Source: Paragordius varius (Eukaryota; Animalia; Nematomorpha). Taken from it: a DNA stretch of 64,000 nucleotides. The DNA is taken from positions 6,014,001-6,078,000 of the forward strand of contig OZ176057.1 of assembly GCA_964247055.1 (NCBI GenBank), written 5' to 3'. The notes under the pieces were generated by a model. That model did not search any database. It was not told the origin of the DNA and worked only from the letters and a program-made list of their open reading frames with translations. How positions within the stretch are numbered: position 1 is the stretch's first letter; the number at the start of each line of letters is the position of its first letter. The translations under genes and the position numbers were made by a program. This document shows, piece after piece, positions 26,701 through 38,537 of this stretch.

Positions 26701-27559
26701 CTACTAAAGACTGAAACTTTATTAAATTTGGTAACAATAAATTTTGTGTTAATTAGACGATCCCGATTATCAAGCTCAAGCGGCTATACCTTTAAGTGAG
26801 GAAAGTCATGGAGGCGAAGATGTGCCTGTATATGCAATAGGTATTTATCAAAATTTTTTGAAAAACTTATTTAGATCGTTGAGTTACATATATATAAAGC
26901 AAAAATTGAAATTATGCGGGTAAAAGGTGAAAATGTAATGACAATTTGTATTCAAAAGGCACCATACTTTTTAACATTAGTTTATTATATAAAAATAATT
27001 TATGTAAAAAAATCTTTATCATTTAAATATCACTTTTTTCATTTTATATTGTCTTTGTTGCTAATTAGCACATAGAACAAAGGGCAGTATTATTGGCATA
27101 TAGTTATTTTTTTACTTTTTATCAAATAATTTTCTTTGCTACATATGCTATTTGGCAATAATTAATAGCTCTTCAGCAATATATATACTTGACCATAGTG
27201 TATTTAAGTTTGGTCTGCTGTATAATTTCAATTTCATAATGTCTGTCAAATTTGTGGCTGTTTACACGTTTAAGGGGGACTACCTTATTTGTTTTTTGCA
27301 ATTTTAAACATTGATATTTCAAAAAAAAAAAAATTTAAAAAGTAAGGTTGTCTTTTACAAAAAAAAAGAAACCTATGTTTTACGTTTTGTCTATCCATAT
27401 AATTTTACTTTTTACTGTACTTATATTCGAATACGATATTGCTTAGGACCAAATGCTCATTTGTTTAGTGGAACGTTTGAACAACATTACATAAATCACG
27501 CCATGTCGTATGCCAGCTGTGTTGGTCCTTACATCCACGAAAAACATTGCTCAAAATAA
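17480..27559 (+). CDS. ALP: Alkaline phosphatase, metazoan (tissue-nonspecific-like) type; 11 exons, 613 aa
   Basis: Exons 17480-17579, 18248-18474, 19932-20106, 20909-21186, 21810-21992, 22430-22595, 24587-24724, 25359-25589, 26055-26201, 26757-26840, 27447-27559; 1842 nt, phases consistent. Hydrophobic N-terminus [29 protein letters not shown]. Motifs: [23 protein letters not shown] (catalytic Ser), [61 protein letters not shown]. Exon 1 is the least certain. Confidence 0.93.
20512..20789. mobile_element. MITE family 1
   Basis: TA-CAGTAAAAATTGGATTATACGGACAAAA...ATTACTG-TA ends. Confidence 0.75.
23191..23465. mobile_element. MITE family 1
   Basis: Inverted arms of about 70 bp: AAAATTGAAATTATACGGACAAAA...ACTATACTTTTT and AAAAAGTATGGTTGTCTTTT...TATAATTTCAATTTTTACTG. 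Confidence 0.8.
23585..23845. mobile_element. MITE family 1, full length with internal (AT)n
   Basis: TA-CAGTAAAAATTAAAATTATACAGAC...GTCCGTATTTAATTTATTACTG-TA. Further partial copies at about 19670-19900, 20135-20290, 21370-21620, 22180-22285, 26900-26980 and 27330-27420. Confidence 0.8.
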
Positions 27560-28022
27560 TTTATTTTTACTTATTATTTCCAAACACACCAAAATTATAA
27601 ATTTCTTAGCTTTTTTGTGCTATATACTTTATATAAATCAATATATCATTTATTAAAATATTATGAATAAATTGCAAAAGTGTTATATTTGGGTAACAAT
27701 TGTAGTTAATAATTACATTCAATTCTTTGGCAAAAGAATTTTAGTGTCCATTTACATATAATATAAGATCATAGAATATTGTAAAATATGATTTGATACT
27801 CAAATAGCTGTTTAATATAGCAAAACAATAAAAGTCTTTAAGGATTGCGTAATCTTAACCAATAAAACATTAGTTTACAAATATCATATGCGTATGAAAT
27901 GGCCTTTATTTTAACATAATTCTTTTGCACTGATAGAGATATATGCTTTAAGTAAACGCTTAAAATTACAAGTTCCAATCAAATCTTAAGGACTAGACCG
28001 GTCCTAAAAACAAAGTTAGCAA

Positions 28023-28972
28023 CTATTTTTTGCCCTTTTTTTTATTATCAGGCGATGATCCTTTATCTTTTTTCTTTTGTTTGTCTTTGGAATCACTTGC
28101 GGGTGCCGGAGATTGTGATTCATCCCGTTTTCCACTTTTAGAGGACTTATCTTTTTTGGTGCCTGACGAGAGGGATTTGGTCAAATCTTTCGTTTTACTT
28201 GATTTTTTGTCTGTTGTCCCGGCGGCACTAATTTTAACACCACTTTCTTTTTTCTTGGCTTTTTTGTCTAAATTTGAATACATGTTTGATTACAAAGCAG
28301 GGAAAACGATTTTGGGAAATAGGATATAAAATATTACTGTTTTTAATCAACACATTAAACCAAAAAATAAAACTAAAAAAATTTTTTCTCAAAACAATTA
28401 TCTAAAGAAAATTTCTTTGGACGAGGTGTGTCAACACAAATGGCTCCTTTAGCCCGAATTCTTGGATAGAAAATTTAAACGGGCCGCATTCACAAAATAT
28501 GTGGCATTAAAAAATATTTTACTACAAACATAAACTGTAATGAATTAACATTTAATAGTTCATTGCCGAATTTCGGAAAGATTTTAGTCAGATTGTTTGA
28601 GAAAATCAATTCACTTTGATTTCGTAAAATTTTCTATCTTAAATTTCAGCGCAGTGTGTTGAACATCCTTAGAATTAACTTGGTCAATCTAAAATTAATT
28701 AATCTACTAAACTAAAATCTTTGTATCAACACAAAAAATATTAAATTAAAAATAATCCATGTAAACTTAAGTCCATACCATCAATGTCATGTTTTGAGCT
28801 TTTTTTGGAGGTTCCCTTTTCATCCCCTCTACTCTTTGATTTGTGATGACTGCTTCCTTTTTACGCTTTTTTTCATCATCGGAATAATCACGAGATTCAA
28901 TAGGTGGCGTATTTAATTCAGGGGTCGTACTACCTCCTGGACTGCTTGAGGGGACTGGCTGATAACCTGTAC
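28023..28972 (-). CDS. Last two exons of an unidentified Lys/Ser-rich basic protein (copy 1; 1-nt deletion in a homopolymer)
   Basis: Exons 28972-28779 and 28267-28023 (TAG), both phase 1. With the frame restored the product is GTGYQPVPSSSPGGSTTPELNTPPIESRDYSDDEKKRKKGSSHHKSKSRGDEKGTSKKSSKHDIDDKKAKKKES...NKKKGKK. Differences from copy 2 are mostly synonymous in this frame. Upstream exons were not identified. Confidence 0.7.
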
Positions 28973-31112
28973 CTAGAGCAAAAGCAATTTGGTTTTTATA
29001 TTTAAGCAAATTTTTTGCAATAAATTTGCTAAATTTCTGCTATAGTTTCAAAATTTTATAGGTTAGATAATATTTTTTACATACTTTAAGTTTAGCCGAT
29101 TATTAGCAATATTTGACGTGAAATAATATTAAATTGAGCATAAATCAACTCCTTACATCTGTCGTGATCGAGTTTTTGAATAAAATAAACTGCTATATAA
29201 TGGACATTAATATTGATTTCGATTTGCAAAAACCGTTTAGTAATTGAAATCAGAGTAGCTTAATACAGTAATTCGAGCAAAAATGTGCATAGAAAAACAC
29301 TACGATACCCTTAATAGAACCGTGGCTTTAATTTCAAACAGTGTTCCAAAAAATTTAACAGATTTATTAATCAAAAAAATATTCGCAATCTTGATTTAGG
29401 ATTTGTGTGATTAACATATTATACAAGCAAAAACCAAAATTTAATAAAACAATCATCAACTCTAAAATTGTCAAGACCAAAATCATTTAGTTTGGAATAG
29501 TTTATGTATAATAATTCTATTATTAACATTCTTTATGATATAATTAGCCATATACTCGTTAGAATTTTATAAATAACTTTAAAAACCAAGGGCGGTTTTA
29601 CAATTTATCATATTTTTAAATATATACCACCATATTTACCCGCAAGATAAAAACAGATTCGATAATATGTAATCAAAAACGATAAATAGTAATAAAATAT
29701 TAAATCTCTAAAGTTATTAAATAAAATGACCAGATAATATTATACAAAAAATATTTATATATACTCAGATATATAGAGAAAAAACAGGAAATGATAAAAA
29801 ATGATTTAAATAAAAATGTTGGTTTGTTAAAGGTGAAATATTTATCAGCAAAATCGTTACATATACAGTAAATATTAAAGGAAAATACGTTATAAAATAT
29901 AAAAACTATATTTTTTTCAAATGGCAACCATATTTGCAAACTTAAAAGATTTTACAAAAAATTTTAAACATTTTCAATTGCAAAATAAGGGGTAGATATA
30001 TTGATTGCCATTAAAGTTTATAAAGGTCAAAATTGTAAAAACAAAAATAACATTTATATTTGCTCATACTGCAAGATCCAAATATTACGCTTAACTTCCA
30101 TATTTGATACGGAATCAGGCCCACATTTGCTTTTCGAATAAAGTTGAAGTTTTAGTTTGTTCAATTCGTGAATCCATTGAAAACTGTAAAATATTTTTAA
30201 CTAAACGCATTCTAAAAGCCATAACTCTTTCGAAACAAAGTAAACATATAATGAACCATTCTGCCCCAAAGAGTGATTTTGTATTGTGAAGCAAATTTTT
30301 GAATTTATGTATGCATGAATACCACCTAGCATAAAAGAAATTAATTTGGATTAAAAAATTTGGACTTAAATAAAATTAGCTTATATCGTTAATGTTGATG
30401 TTTAAATATAATTTATGTACTATGACATGCAAAAATATTTTTGTCTCCAATAAAGATGAGAATATAAATAAATTTTTTTAATATGGATATTTTATATTTA
30501 AATTGTATTGATGCCTCTTATATATCACATCATGGGTAATTATATCTGTAAATGTCTGATAACTCATTGTAATTCTATATATATATATAAATATGGGTAA
30601 ATATTATTATCATTTCAAGGTTATTTGCCTGCTAATATTTATCACTATTATACCAAAATAAAATAATAAAAGCTTTAAATAAATATATATTCATAAAAGT
30701 ATATAATATATATATAGGCAAGTTGACCAGATCCTCATTTTTTATTTTTTTATATATATTGAGACTATTAACACCGATATCTTCAATCCTTATAAAAAAA
30801 ATATTTTGACCTAAATTATAATACTTTATTGCTTTACAAGTCTTCTTTTGAACCTAAAACAATTGCAATCTATTACATAGAACTAAACAACTTTTAATAT
30901 TGATTTTGTTCTACTACTATTATCTGAAAAATATATTTTAAACCATTTCGAATTAAGATTTTGTAATAAAAATACTATATCATAACCAATTTTTTGGTTT
31001 CATAAATGGTTTTGTTAGGAATCATATCCTGGTTTGATAAAATTACATTTTTGTATTTGTATATAAGCGTTGTTATAGTGATTTTAATTAAATTTAAATG
31101 TAATCGGATGTT

Positions 31113-31220
31113 CTTAGCCTGTTTCGCAACCCGAGGAAGCACTGCCGACTTTTTTAGATAAATGAACCAACGCTAATCTCTAACCTAACCCTAGCTTACA
31201 AAGTCGAGAGCCTTTATATT
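31113..31220 (-). mobile_element. Degenerate copy of the 140-bp G4/double-hairpin element
   Basis: CCTGTTTCGCAACCCGAGGAAGCACTGCCGACTT...CTAACCTAACCCTAGCTTACAAAGTCGAG aligns to 31940-32047. Confidence 0.7.
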
Positions 31221-31934
31221 TTTTCCGCATAAAAATTCTATGAATCTTATTTGAGGCCAAAAACATATAAATAAATCTTGCACATATATTAATGATTAAA
31301 TATAATTTTTTTATTTAACATTTTATTCTTGACACCATGTAACTTAGAGCAATGCACAATTTTCTGCAGAAACCTAAAATTAATAATTAAAACTTAAAAT
31401 GCCATGAATATATAATTAAAAAAGAAATAATTTTTATTTAGCTATGTTTATCATTAATTTCCTATTTATAAATTTAAGTGGTCTAGTTTGGACAAAGCAT
31501 TCTAGTTTTAAATAGTAATTAATTTTTAAATTTTAAAAAAACATCTAAAAATAATATAAGATTTGTTGGTAAAGTTTTATTAATTTGAAAATCAATCAAA
31601 AAAATAAATGATAAAATTAATATGGAATTAGCAGAATACTTGCCAATAATTTGTAGCCAACACATTTTCATTAAAGTAGATAAAAATTATATAACTATGC
31701 CACTATATAATATATCTATATTAAGATTTGGATAATAAAAATTAAATGTAAACATTATGTAATGTTTGTAATTCCTTATAGCTTAAAGTATTCAATGCTC
31801 TTTACACCGATCTCTAATTATTTCCTAAAAAAAATCAACATATGTTACCTATTCCTCTATTATTAATAAATTTAAATTGATATTTTTATATTTAAGCACA
31901 TAATTATCCATAAATATAAGGTATAAGTAAAAAG

Positions 31935-32075
31935 TAAATGCGTGGGTCTCGGCCTGCTACGCAGCCCGAGGAAGTCCTGCGGACTTCTTTAAGGAAATGA
32001 ACCAACTCCAATCCCTCACCCTAACCCTAGCCCACAAACTCGAAACCTTGCAGTGTTATATTTTAAACTAAGGAT
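31935..32075 (-). mobile_element. 140-bp dispersed element with telomere-like G4 motif and two hairpins (non-autonomous; Helentron/HINE-like candidate)
   Basis: CTCGG-CCTGCTACGCAGC-CCGAG and GAAGTCC-TGC-GGACTTC hairpins, then CCC-TCA-CCC-TAA-CCC-TAG-CCC (32013-32033). Other copies at 47788-47925 and 48372-48510 (inverted) and at 59362-59500. Confidence 0.75.
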
Positions 32076-33269
32076 TGAAATGATTACATTTTTTACCATA
32101 TAACCAAATATTATTGGTTTTCTAAATCGTAGTAAAGAATATCAAATGCCTATTCTTTTAAAATAAGATTTATATTCAGTTTTTTCAAAACGGGAACTAA
32201 TTATTAAAAAAGTTGAGGAATTTAATGATATTTTTATCCAACATTGATATCGTGTTTTAGTTTGTTCATGTTATTGTCGTGTGTGGTTATACATAATTAT
32301 TAAATGAAGAAACTCTTTTGATTGATTTTTATAAGATTAGTTAATATTTAAACTAAACTGTTGATTACTGCTTAATTCTAAAGACATTATGGCATGAACG
32401 ATTGGAATTTAACATTGCAAGCTTAGAAAGTTTTGGGATAAATAATCTATTTTAATTTTAAATAAAATTGTTAGGATTCAACCATTTCTCAATTGAGAAT
32501 TATTACACTTTTAAAGGTTATTAAATGTTAAGTTAGCAATTCCCAGATATTCTGTATCGTTCTATGGTATAAAGAAAAAGTTTAAATTTTGTTTTAATAC
32601 AGATAACTCTTAATGAAAAACAGATTTTCAGCTTTCTGTTTAAAAAACTGAAACCAAACTTCTTACCTTAACCCTTATCCCCACAGGACATAACTTAACT
32701 ATTTTCAATCTTATTTACATATTTTTTTAATTGAATTAAAACAGAATAATAACTTATATTTGATTGGTTCACATTTTAAAATTAATATATATATTAGTAT
32801 GAATTAATAGAGAATCATCATATATTGGTAATTATCGTAAGCACACTTTAAATATCTTTTACCTAAATAAACTATCTGTGATGATTGATTTTAATGAAAT
32901 GGAAATTCAAAAATTTGATTTTAACATTAAATTGATATTAGTTGATTGCACAAAGCATAAAATTAAAATAATTATAAATCTTTTAGATAATAATCTATAA
33001 ACTTTTAGAAAAAAAAATTCTAAGATCACTAAATTATAAACCAATATATTAATCAAATTACACAGGTTAAAACTTAAATACCTCTATTAAAAATTGTTAT
33101 TTTAATATTGAAACAAATTAGATTAATTAATTATTTTTTGAGAATATTAGCCATTTGTGTAATCAAACATTTAATAAGTAAGAAAATAAATTTAAATTTA
33201 TCATGTATTATTAATAGAGAGAGGGAGATTGTTAAAAATTATTGCCATATTTTTTTAACATATTTTTTT

Positions 33270-33665
33270 CTCCGAATTCGCTTTGCATTTCTTTCTTTAT
33301 AGGCGCCAGCCAAATAACATTATTGTAATAATAATGAAAAAAAAATTTATTTATAGATATATGATGGATGGATGGATGCTATATTATAATGTTATATGTT
33401 TTATTGGAATGTGCACATGGGGGGGATAATAATAAAATAGAGGCGCCCAAACAATGTTAATGCGCAACAAAGAAAGGGAGGGAATAAGTAATAATACATA
33501 ATACGTAATAATAAGAGAGGGAAAATAAAGATATTTGAAGAAACATATTTCCAGAAGGGGGGAGAAAAAGGCGCAAATGCACACATTAATTTGATTGGAT
33601 AAAAAGATTACATCAACATTTTGGCCTATATAAAGGGCGAAAATTTTACTATTCTTTCATTTATT
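33270..33665. promoter_or_regulatory. Divergent Pol II core-promoter pair
   Basis: + strand: TATAAA at 33629-33634, Inr-like TCATTT with A at 33659 (exactly 30 nt downstream), and ATTGG (reverse CCAAT) about 35 nt upstream of the TATA. - strand: GGCGCCTATAAAG (TATAAA 33301-33296). The region is GC-enriched relative to its surroundings, and both boxes are conserved in copy 2. Confidence 0.6.
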
Positions 33666-33695
33666 TAATTTTTTTTTCCTCGCACATTTTTTGAG

Positions 33696-33775
33696 ATGCT
33701 GTGGATAGATTGGGTCCATATGCAACTTCCCTACTTGCTATACAATGTATTGATTGCCATTACTATCTATATAAG
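33696..33775 (+). other. Probable first exon with short hydrophobic ORF start
   Basis: ATG...MLWIDWVHMQLPYLLYNVLIAITIYI, then AG/GTAAAT donor; identical in copy 2 (61125-61204). Confidence 0.4.
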
Positions 33776-33981
33776 GTAAATTGTATTTATTTAATCATTA
33801 TTAGAATACCATTGTTATTTGAAAAAAAAAGGAAACTGCTCAACAAATCCTAGAAACAATGTACAATATAACTACCAATTAAAAGACAAATTATTGAAAA
33901 CATGGTTGATATTATACGACTGAAATGATGGGAAAATACGTTCTAATACAATTGTGATCAAACAATATATGTAAGTTTTGC

Positions 33982-34026
<45 letters not shown>

Positions 34027-34603
34027 TATAATTACAAATGCATTGCTGGGTTTGCATTAAAATATTGTCAGATACGATTGATAGTAAAGAACATTTATTG
34101 ATTCAACAAGAAGAATCTTTTCTTGCTATTAGCCTATAATTTAATTGAGAATTCTATCTGGCAAATACATTAACACAAACCCAGTAATATTTTATTAATT
34201 ATACTGTAATTTTCCATTTTTATTTAAAAAAAAATAATAAATACATGTTTAATTACTATAGTAATATATTGCTAACAAGTGGGTTTCTTAATCTTTTATA
34301 ATTTATTTTTTTCATTTGTTTAAGGAAGATGAAATAGAAAGGTGAACATTTGTTATAATTATTTAGATGCTTGCTTGTTTTGAAATCTAAAATATCCATC
34401 CTTGCAATTTAAAATAATTTTACATAAATTATAGCACTTGGTAAAATATTTTTGTATTGAATTTTTTTCTTTAAAATAATGTATAAATAAATTTTGATAA
34501 GGGAGAGGAAATGTTAACATATAAAGGTGTACTTATGTTGTTATTTTTTAGGTGCATGCTTGTCCTATAAAATTTAATTTCTTAACAAATGAATTCATAT
34601 TAT

Positions 34604-34820
34604 ATGGCTTCGCGGGCCGCATTATCTAACATTTTAGTAGATATTAAAAATGATGCTGTAGAAACCACTATTTTGTTATCATTTTTTGGGAAATATTGTA
34701 AAAATTCCGTAAAAATTTATTCAGAAATTTTTACAAGATAGTGAATTTCCCTTAAATTTTATAAAAACTCGTGCAGTCTCAATATTTTGGAGAGCAGCGT
34801 GTTGGCCACCCCTCCTCTAA
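34604..34820 (+). pseudogene. Small ORF (71 aa in copy 2), frameshifted here by +1 T
   Basis: MASRAALSNILVDIKNDAVETTILLSFFGKYCKNSVK then frameshift. It aligns to ORF 62007-62222 and ends at the same TAA. No recognisable domain. Confidence 0.35.
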
Positions 34821-35019
34821 AAATTCCTAGTATTTAATTATGCACAACAAATCGGTTTCTTTGGGTTTTATGGCGTTTATTCATTGAATGTTTTTTTTTC
34901 ATACATAAAACTCCTTAAGGTAGTTTAAAAAGTAATAAAAATGGTTTTAAAGTTTCGCAATAATATACTAAAATTATTTAAAACTGTTAAGAGTTTGTTA
35001 AAAAAAGTGAGAAATTGTT

Positions 35020-36880
35020 TAAAATTAGAAGTTATAAAAATTGGTTAAAAGTTGTAAATTTCAAAAATCGGTTAAATTTGTTTAAAATTTGCTAAATACG
35101 ATTAAAGTTTCCTTAAAATTTGCTAAAAATCGGTTAAAGTTTTTTAAAATTTTGCTAAAAATCGGTTAAAGTTTCCTTAAAATTTGCTAAAAATCGGTTA
35201 AAGTTTCCTTAAAATATGCTAAAAATCCGTTAAAGTTTCCTTAAAATATGCTAAAAATCCGTTAAAGTTTCCTTAAAATTTGTCTTAAAATTTGCTAAAA
35301 ATCGGTTAAAGTTTCCTTAAAATTTGCTAAAAATCGGTTAAAGTTTTCTTAAAATTTGCTAAAAATCGGTTAAAGTTTTTTTAAAATAGGCTAAAAATCG
35401 GCTAAAGTTTTTTTAAAATTTGCTAAAAATCGGTTAAAGTTTCCTTAAAATTTGCTAAAAATCGGTTAAAGTTTTCTTAAAATTTGCTAAAAATCGGTTA
35501 AAGTTTCCTTAAAATTTGCAAAAATCGGTTAAAGTTTTCTTAAAATTTGCTAAAAATCGGTTAAAGTTTCCTTAAAATTTTCTAAAAATTGGTTAAAGTT
35601 TCCTTAAAATTTGCAAAAATCGGTTAAAGTTTCCTTAAAATTTTCTAAAAATTGGTTAAAGTTTCCTTAAAATTTGCAAAAATCGGTTAAATTTTCCTTA
35701 AAATTTTCTAAAAATTGGTTAAAGTTTCCTTAAAATTTTCTAAAAATTGGTTAAAGTTTCCTTAAAATTTTCTAAAAATTGGTTAAAGTTTCCTTAAAAT
35801 TTGCAAAAATCGGTTAAAGTTTCCTTAAAATTTTCTAAAAATTGGTTAAAGTTTCCTTAAAATTTGCAAAAATCGGTTAAATTTTCCTTAAAATTTTCTA
35901 AAAATTGGTTAAAGTTTCCTTAAAATTTGCAAAAATCGGTTAAAGTTTCCTTAAAATTTTCTAAAAATTGGTTAAAGTTTCCTTAAAATTTGCAAAAATC
36001 GGTTAAAGTTTCCTTAAAATTTTCTAAAAATCAATTAAAGTTTCCTTAAAATTTGCTAAAAATCGGTTAAAGTTTCCTTAAAATTTTCTAAAAATCGGTT
36101 AGAGTTTCCTTATAATTTGCTAAAAATCGGTTAGAGTTTCCTTATAATTTGCTAAAAATTGGTTAAAGTTTCCTTAAAATTTGCTAAAAATCGGTTAAAA
36201 TATCCTTAAAGTTTGCTAATAATCGGTTAAAATATCCTTAAAATTTGCTGAAAATCGGTTAAAGTTTCCTTATAATTTTCTAAAAATCGGTTAAATTTCC
36301 TTAAAATTTGCTTAAAATCAGTTAAATTTTGCTAAAAATTTGCTAAAAATCGGTTATAGTTTCCTTAAATGTTGCTAAAAATCGGTTAAAGTTTCCTTAA
36401 AATTTGCTAAAAATCGGTTAAAGTTTCATTAAAATTTGCTAAAAATCGGTTAAAGTTTTGCTAAAAATCGGTTAAAGTTTTGCTAAAAATCGGTTAAAGT
36501 TTCCTTAAAATTTGCTAAAAATCGGTTAAAGTTTTGCTAAAAATCGGTTAAAGTTTCCTTAAAATTTTCTAAAAATCGGTTAAAGTTTCCTTAAAATTTG
36601 CTAAAAATCGGTTAAAGATTTCTTAGAATATGCTAAAAATCGGTTAAAGATTTCTTAGAATATGCTAAAAATCGGTTAAAGTTTTCTTAAAATTTGCTAA
36701 AAATCGGTTAAAGTTTTCTTAAAATTTTCTAAAAATCGGTTAAAGTTTCCTTAAAATTTGCTAAAAATCGGTTAAAGATTTCTTAGAATATGCTAAAAAT
36801 CGGTTAAAGATTTCTTAGAATATGCTAAAAATCGGTTAAAGATTTCTTAGAATATGCTAAAAATCGGTTAAACTTTCCTT
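35020..36880. repeat. Satellite A, 32-bp unit AAAATTTGCTAAAAATCGGTTAAAGTTTCCTT
   Basis: About 55 tandem units; each unit is three 10-11 bp A-tract subunits. Confidence 0.97.
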
Positions 36881-38170
36881 AAACTCAGTTAAAATTTCCT
36901 TAAAATCAGTTAAAATTTCCTTAAAATCAGTTAAAATTTCCTTAAAATCAGTTAAAATTTCCTTAAAATCAGTTAAAAGTTTCTTAAAATCAGTTAAAAG
37001 TTCCTTAAAATCAGTTAAAAGTTCCTTAAAATCAGTTAAAGGTTCCTTAAAATCAGTTAAAATTTCCTTAAAATCAGTTAAAATTTCCTTAAAATCAGTT
37101 AAAATTTTATTAAAATCAGTTAAAATTTCCTTAAAATCAGTTAAAAGTTCCTTAAACTCAGTTAAAAGTTCCTTAAAATCAGTTAAAAGTTCCTTAAAAT
37201 CAGTTAAAAGTTCCTTAAAATCAGTTAAAATTTCCTTAAAATCAGTTAAAATTTCCTTAAAATCAGTTAAAATTTCATTAAACTCAGTTAAAATTTCCTT
37301 AAAATCAGTTAAAAGTTCCTTAAAATCAGTTAAAAGTTCCTTAAAATCAGTTAAAATTTCCTTAAACTCAGTTAAAAGTTCCTTAAAATCAGTTAAAAGT
37401 TCCTTAAAATCAGTTAAAAGTTCCTTAAAATCAGTTAAAAGTTCCTTAAAATCAGTTAAAATTTCCTTAAAATTAGTTAAAATTTCCTTAAACTCAGTTA
37501 AAAGTTCCTTAAAATCAGTTAAAAGTTCCTTAAAATCAGTTAAAAGTTCCTTAAAATCAGTTAAAAGTTCCTTAAAATCAGTTAAAATTTCCTTAAAATC
37601 AGTTAAAATTTCATTAAACTCAGTTAAAATTTCCTTAAAATCAGTTAAAAGTTCCTTAAAATCAGTTAAAAGTTCCTTAAAATCAGTTAAAATTTCCTTA
37701 AACTCAGTTAAAAGTTCCTTAAAATCAGTTAAAAGTTCCTTAAAATCAGTTAAAAGTTCCTTAAAATCAGTTAAAAGTTCCTTAAAATCAGTTAAAATTT
37801 CCTTAAAATTAGTTAAAATTTCCTTAAACTCAGTTAAAAGTTCCTTAAAATCAGTTAAAAGTTCCTTAAAATCAGTTAAAAGTTCCTTAAAATCAGTTAA
37901 AAGTTCCTTAAAATCAGTTAAAATTTCCTTAAAATTAGTTAAAAGTTCCTTAAAATTAGTTAAAAGTTCCTTAAAATCAGTTAAAAGTTTCTTAAAATCA
38001 GTTAAAAGTTCCTTAAAATCAGTTAAAAGTTCCTTAAAATCAGTTAAAATTTCCTTAAAATTAGTTAAAATTTCCTTAAAATTAGTTAAAATTTCCTTAA
38101 AATTAGTTAAAATTTCCTTAAAATTAGTTAAAATTTCCTTAAAATTAGTTAAAATTCCTTAAAATTAGTT
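36881..38170. repeat. Satellite B, 21-bp unit AAAATCAGTTAAAAGTTCCTT
   Basis: About 60 tandem units; corresponds to satellite A minus its AAAATTTGCT subunit. Confidence 0.97.
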
Positions 38171-38453
38171 AAAATATACTTATAATTAGGTAAAAATTGG
38201 TTAAAAATATGCCTATAAATCCAAATGTTGTAGATAATAATAATTGCCTAAAAATCGCAAGTTTTTTAAAAAATGCTTAAATTGTATATATGACTTCGCT
38301 CAATTCGGCAAAATTGCTTAATAAAATGTCCGCAAATCGGTATTTTAGATATTTAAACTCAAAACATATCATTCATTCTTAAATAGCGTTTTTTTGAATT
38401 ATTATATTGTAAGTAATCGTTTATATTTATCAATTTATATATTTATTTTTTAG

Positions 38454-38537
38454 AATGTATTGCCTCAATCAATTATTTGCGGAAAAACTGAAACGAATCA
38501 TAAATGAATAGATTTTAACTTGATATTTCGGAATTCG
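38454..38537 (+). other. Exon-like unit 1 (stops in all three frames)
   Basis: Pyrimidine tract-TAG/AATGT ... TCGGAATTCG/GTAATT; 84 nt. Confidence 0.5.

Noticed and set aside
28030-28329. Plus-strand ORFs 28030-28329 and 54482-54685
   Set aside because: Antisense shadows of the Lys/Ser-rich exon; the synonymous-change pattern favours the minus frame.
28767-28860. ORF ending EAVITNQRVEGMKREPPKKAQNMTLMVWT
   Set aside because: Wrong frame after the T5 run. Splice phase and copy 2 support GSSHHKSKSRGDEKG...HDID.
33900-33960. C/D-box snoRNA-like motifs (CTGA, ATGATG)
   Set aside because: No proper box C or terminal box D, and no terminal stem.
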